A program made the position numbers and the translations under genes. DNA of 64,000 nucleotides, taken from NCBI RefSeq assembly GCF_025526975.1, contig NW_026515668.1, forward strand, positions 558,001 to 622,000, in the 5' to 3' direction. Shown piece after piece: positions 62,122 to 64,000 of this stretch. Each line of letters begins with the position of its first letter. Position 1 is the first letter of the stretch. The notes under the pieces are model-generated. The model was not told the DNA's origin, searched no databases, and saw only the letters and a program-made list of their open reading frames with translations. This stretch comes from Fimicolochytrium jonesii (lineage: Eukaryota).

Positions 62122-63410
62122 TTAATTCCTGGCGTGGGTCCAAGACATGAGCATCTCGTACACCGCCATCACTGTGTATTTGCGATTCTCCGCTTCTTGG
62201 AAGACAATGGATCGGTTTGGGTTGTAAAACACCTGGTTTTGGACAAGTGGAGGTCAGCCACGGCACTGTGTTGCAATATGCACCACCACGCAGGATGCGA
62301 ACGCTCACCTCGTCATCCACCTCCTCAATCTTGCGCGGCAAGCAATGCATAAACTTCCAATCCGGCTTACCGCCCCCATCTTTCACCATCTTCTCAGTAA
62401 TCCTAAACCCATCAAAATCCTTTATCCGCTTCGCCTTTTCGCTCTCTTGTCCCATTGACACCCACGTATCCGTGATGACAAAGTCGGCGTTGCGCACGGC
62501 CTCCCGCGGGTCCTTTGTGAAGTGAACGGTGCCCTTCTCCGCCCCGCCCGTGGCTTCGCCAATGGCAAAGTTTACGACATCTGCGTCGCAGTTGTAACCT
62601 TTCGGTGTAGCAACGGTGAGCTCGATGGGACCTAAACGCGGTAGCGAGACGAGAAGGGAGTGTATGATGTTGTTGGCGTCACCGATCCATGCTACCTTCA
62701 ACGGCGGAAGGAGCGGTAAAGGTAGATCGGAGGAGGTGGGTTGAGTGAGGGCATTTGGCAGGCTAGACTCGTAGAGCGTCATGATGTCGGCGAGGGCTTG
62801 AAGCGGGTGATATTTGGCGGTGAGCGCATTGATGACTGGGACGGAGGAATTCGCTGCGAGGATCTGTTTGATGTGAGAAGCTGCACTATAAGCCGGAGAC
62901 AACATACATCAAGGAAGAGCATACCTCGATTTCCTCATGCCCTCCCATCCGGGCCAAAATCACGTCCACCATGCTGCTGACAACAATCGCCGTGTCTTTC
63001 AAGGGTTCCCCACCTCCGATCTGGATGTCTTCCTTCCCCAGAAACATCGAATGCCCTCCATAATAAGCCCAGCCGGTCTCTGCTGACACTCGCGTCCGCG
63101 TGCTGCGTTTCGTAAAGATCATCCCCATTGTGCGACCAGCCAGCGCCTGTTCCCTCGACCGCGCCTCGGACGGATGGCTGCGAATGAGTTGTTTCAGTTC
63201 CAGGGAGCGACGGATCAGCTGCAGGATTTGCGGCGTTGTAAAGTCTCGAAGCGTCAGAAAGTGTTTGGTGTTCGCGAAACTAGGGGACGCATGGGGCTCG
63301 TCGTAGTAGTTTAGGGAGGCTGCTGCTTGGGATAAAGGACGAAAGCGGACTGCTGTGCATGTCGCCTTCAAACATTCCACCGACTTTCGTGTTGCCACTC
63401 GGCCTATCAT
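62122..63410 (-). CDS. ARG3: Ornithine carbamoyltransferase with probable mitochondrial presequence, 2 introns
   Basis: KHFLTL, FTKRSTRTRVS, VPVINAL..KYHPLQALAD, AWIGDANN, TDTWVSMGQE, FMHCLPRK.EEVDDE|VFY and VFQEAENRK. Confidence 0.95.
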
Positions 63411-64000
63411 ATTGCTGGTGCTCCTTCTGGGATATTGGGTTGCGATGTCGTCTGCGAAAGTTCCCACGGTAGAAGAGGACCCAATGACGTGAGCACGTTG
63501 AAATGGGATAGCTCCCCATATACTATCGACACTGAGTCCACATACCTGTAAGACCTTTGCTATATATTACAGTATCTGGACGATGGCGGGTCGTCCGTCC
63601 GCAGCTCTGTCTTTATCAATGACGAGCTCTCAGTATACCGATGTCTCGGCCGTGCGTGGGGTCTTTTGAAGCGAATTTTGGGCGACGTTCCAAAGCGCGC
63701 GTCCCAATGACTCGATGATTATGGGGAGATGTGATTCATCGCATATTCGTCGGTCCTCATATCCATTTGCTTGAGTTGCTGTTGCAAAAGGTTGCGAGGA
63801 TGGATTCCCCACACATTATTGCATGTAAGCGGTCACCCTGATGAGGGTGGGGAGTGGGGGCGACGAGGAAGGATGATGTTCCAAGTCCAAGATCATCCTT
63901 CCCTTCCGAAAGCAAACCGTCGACTTTGAATGACAGGAAATGTTCAATGTTCTTTGATTAGTTCCATCTCCTACCCCTGAGAGTGAGACTCTCGGGCATC

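Overview
Intron-rich, gene-dense eukaryotic DNA, most likely from a zoosporic fungus (chytrid). The evidence is short GT-AG introns, fungal-type housekeeping genes and an axonemal radial-spoke gene (RSPH9). About 22 protein-coding genes were reconstructed by hand, so exon boundaries are approximate. They are RSPH9 (3' part), a PXA-C2-RGS-PX sorting nexin, two paralogous vWA plus Ser/Thr-stalk surface proteins, SWD2/WDR82, an INPP5E-like 5-phosphatase, importin-beta, COX VIIc, a PA-TM-RING E3 ligase, cytidine deaminase, a DENN-C1 protein, a TMEM198-like protein, an unknown RS-rich protein, MRPL23, an F-BAR/SH3 protein, delta-8 sphingolipid desaturase, ELMOD, a multi-C2H2 protein, EMC6, an Atf1-like bZIP, a secreted CBM21-Ig-propeller protein and ARG3. 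The standout is 52825-57609, a single-pass receptor with a signal peptide, a MIDAS vWA domain carrying integrin-beta-like motifs, a long Ser/Thr/Glu stalk, a Gly/Ala-rich TM helix and a short tail. The tail has two NPLY motifs 8 residues apart, the same spacing as in integrin beta tails, although fungi are considered to lack integrins. Its paralog (5848-9701) has no TM or tail and ends inside one arm of a 106-bp inverted repeat, which belongs to a patchwork of locally copied DNA (5015-5915). No rRNA, tRNA, CRISPR array or intact transposon was recognised.
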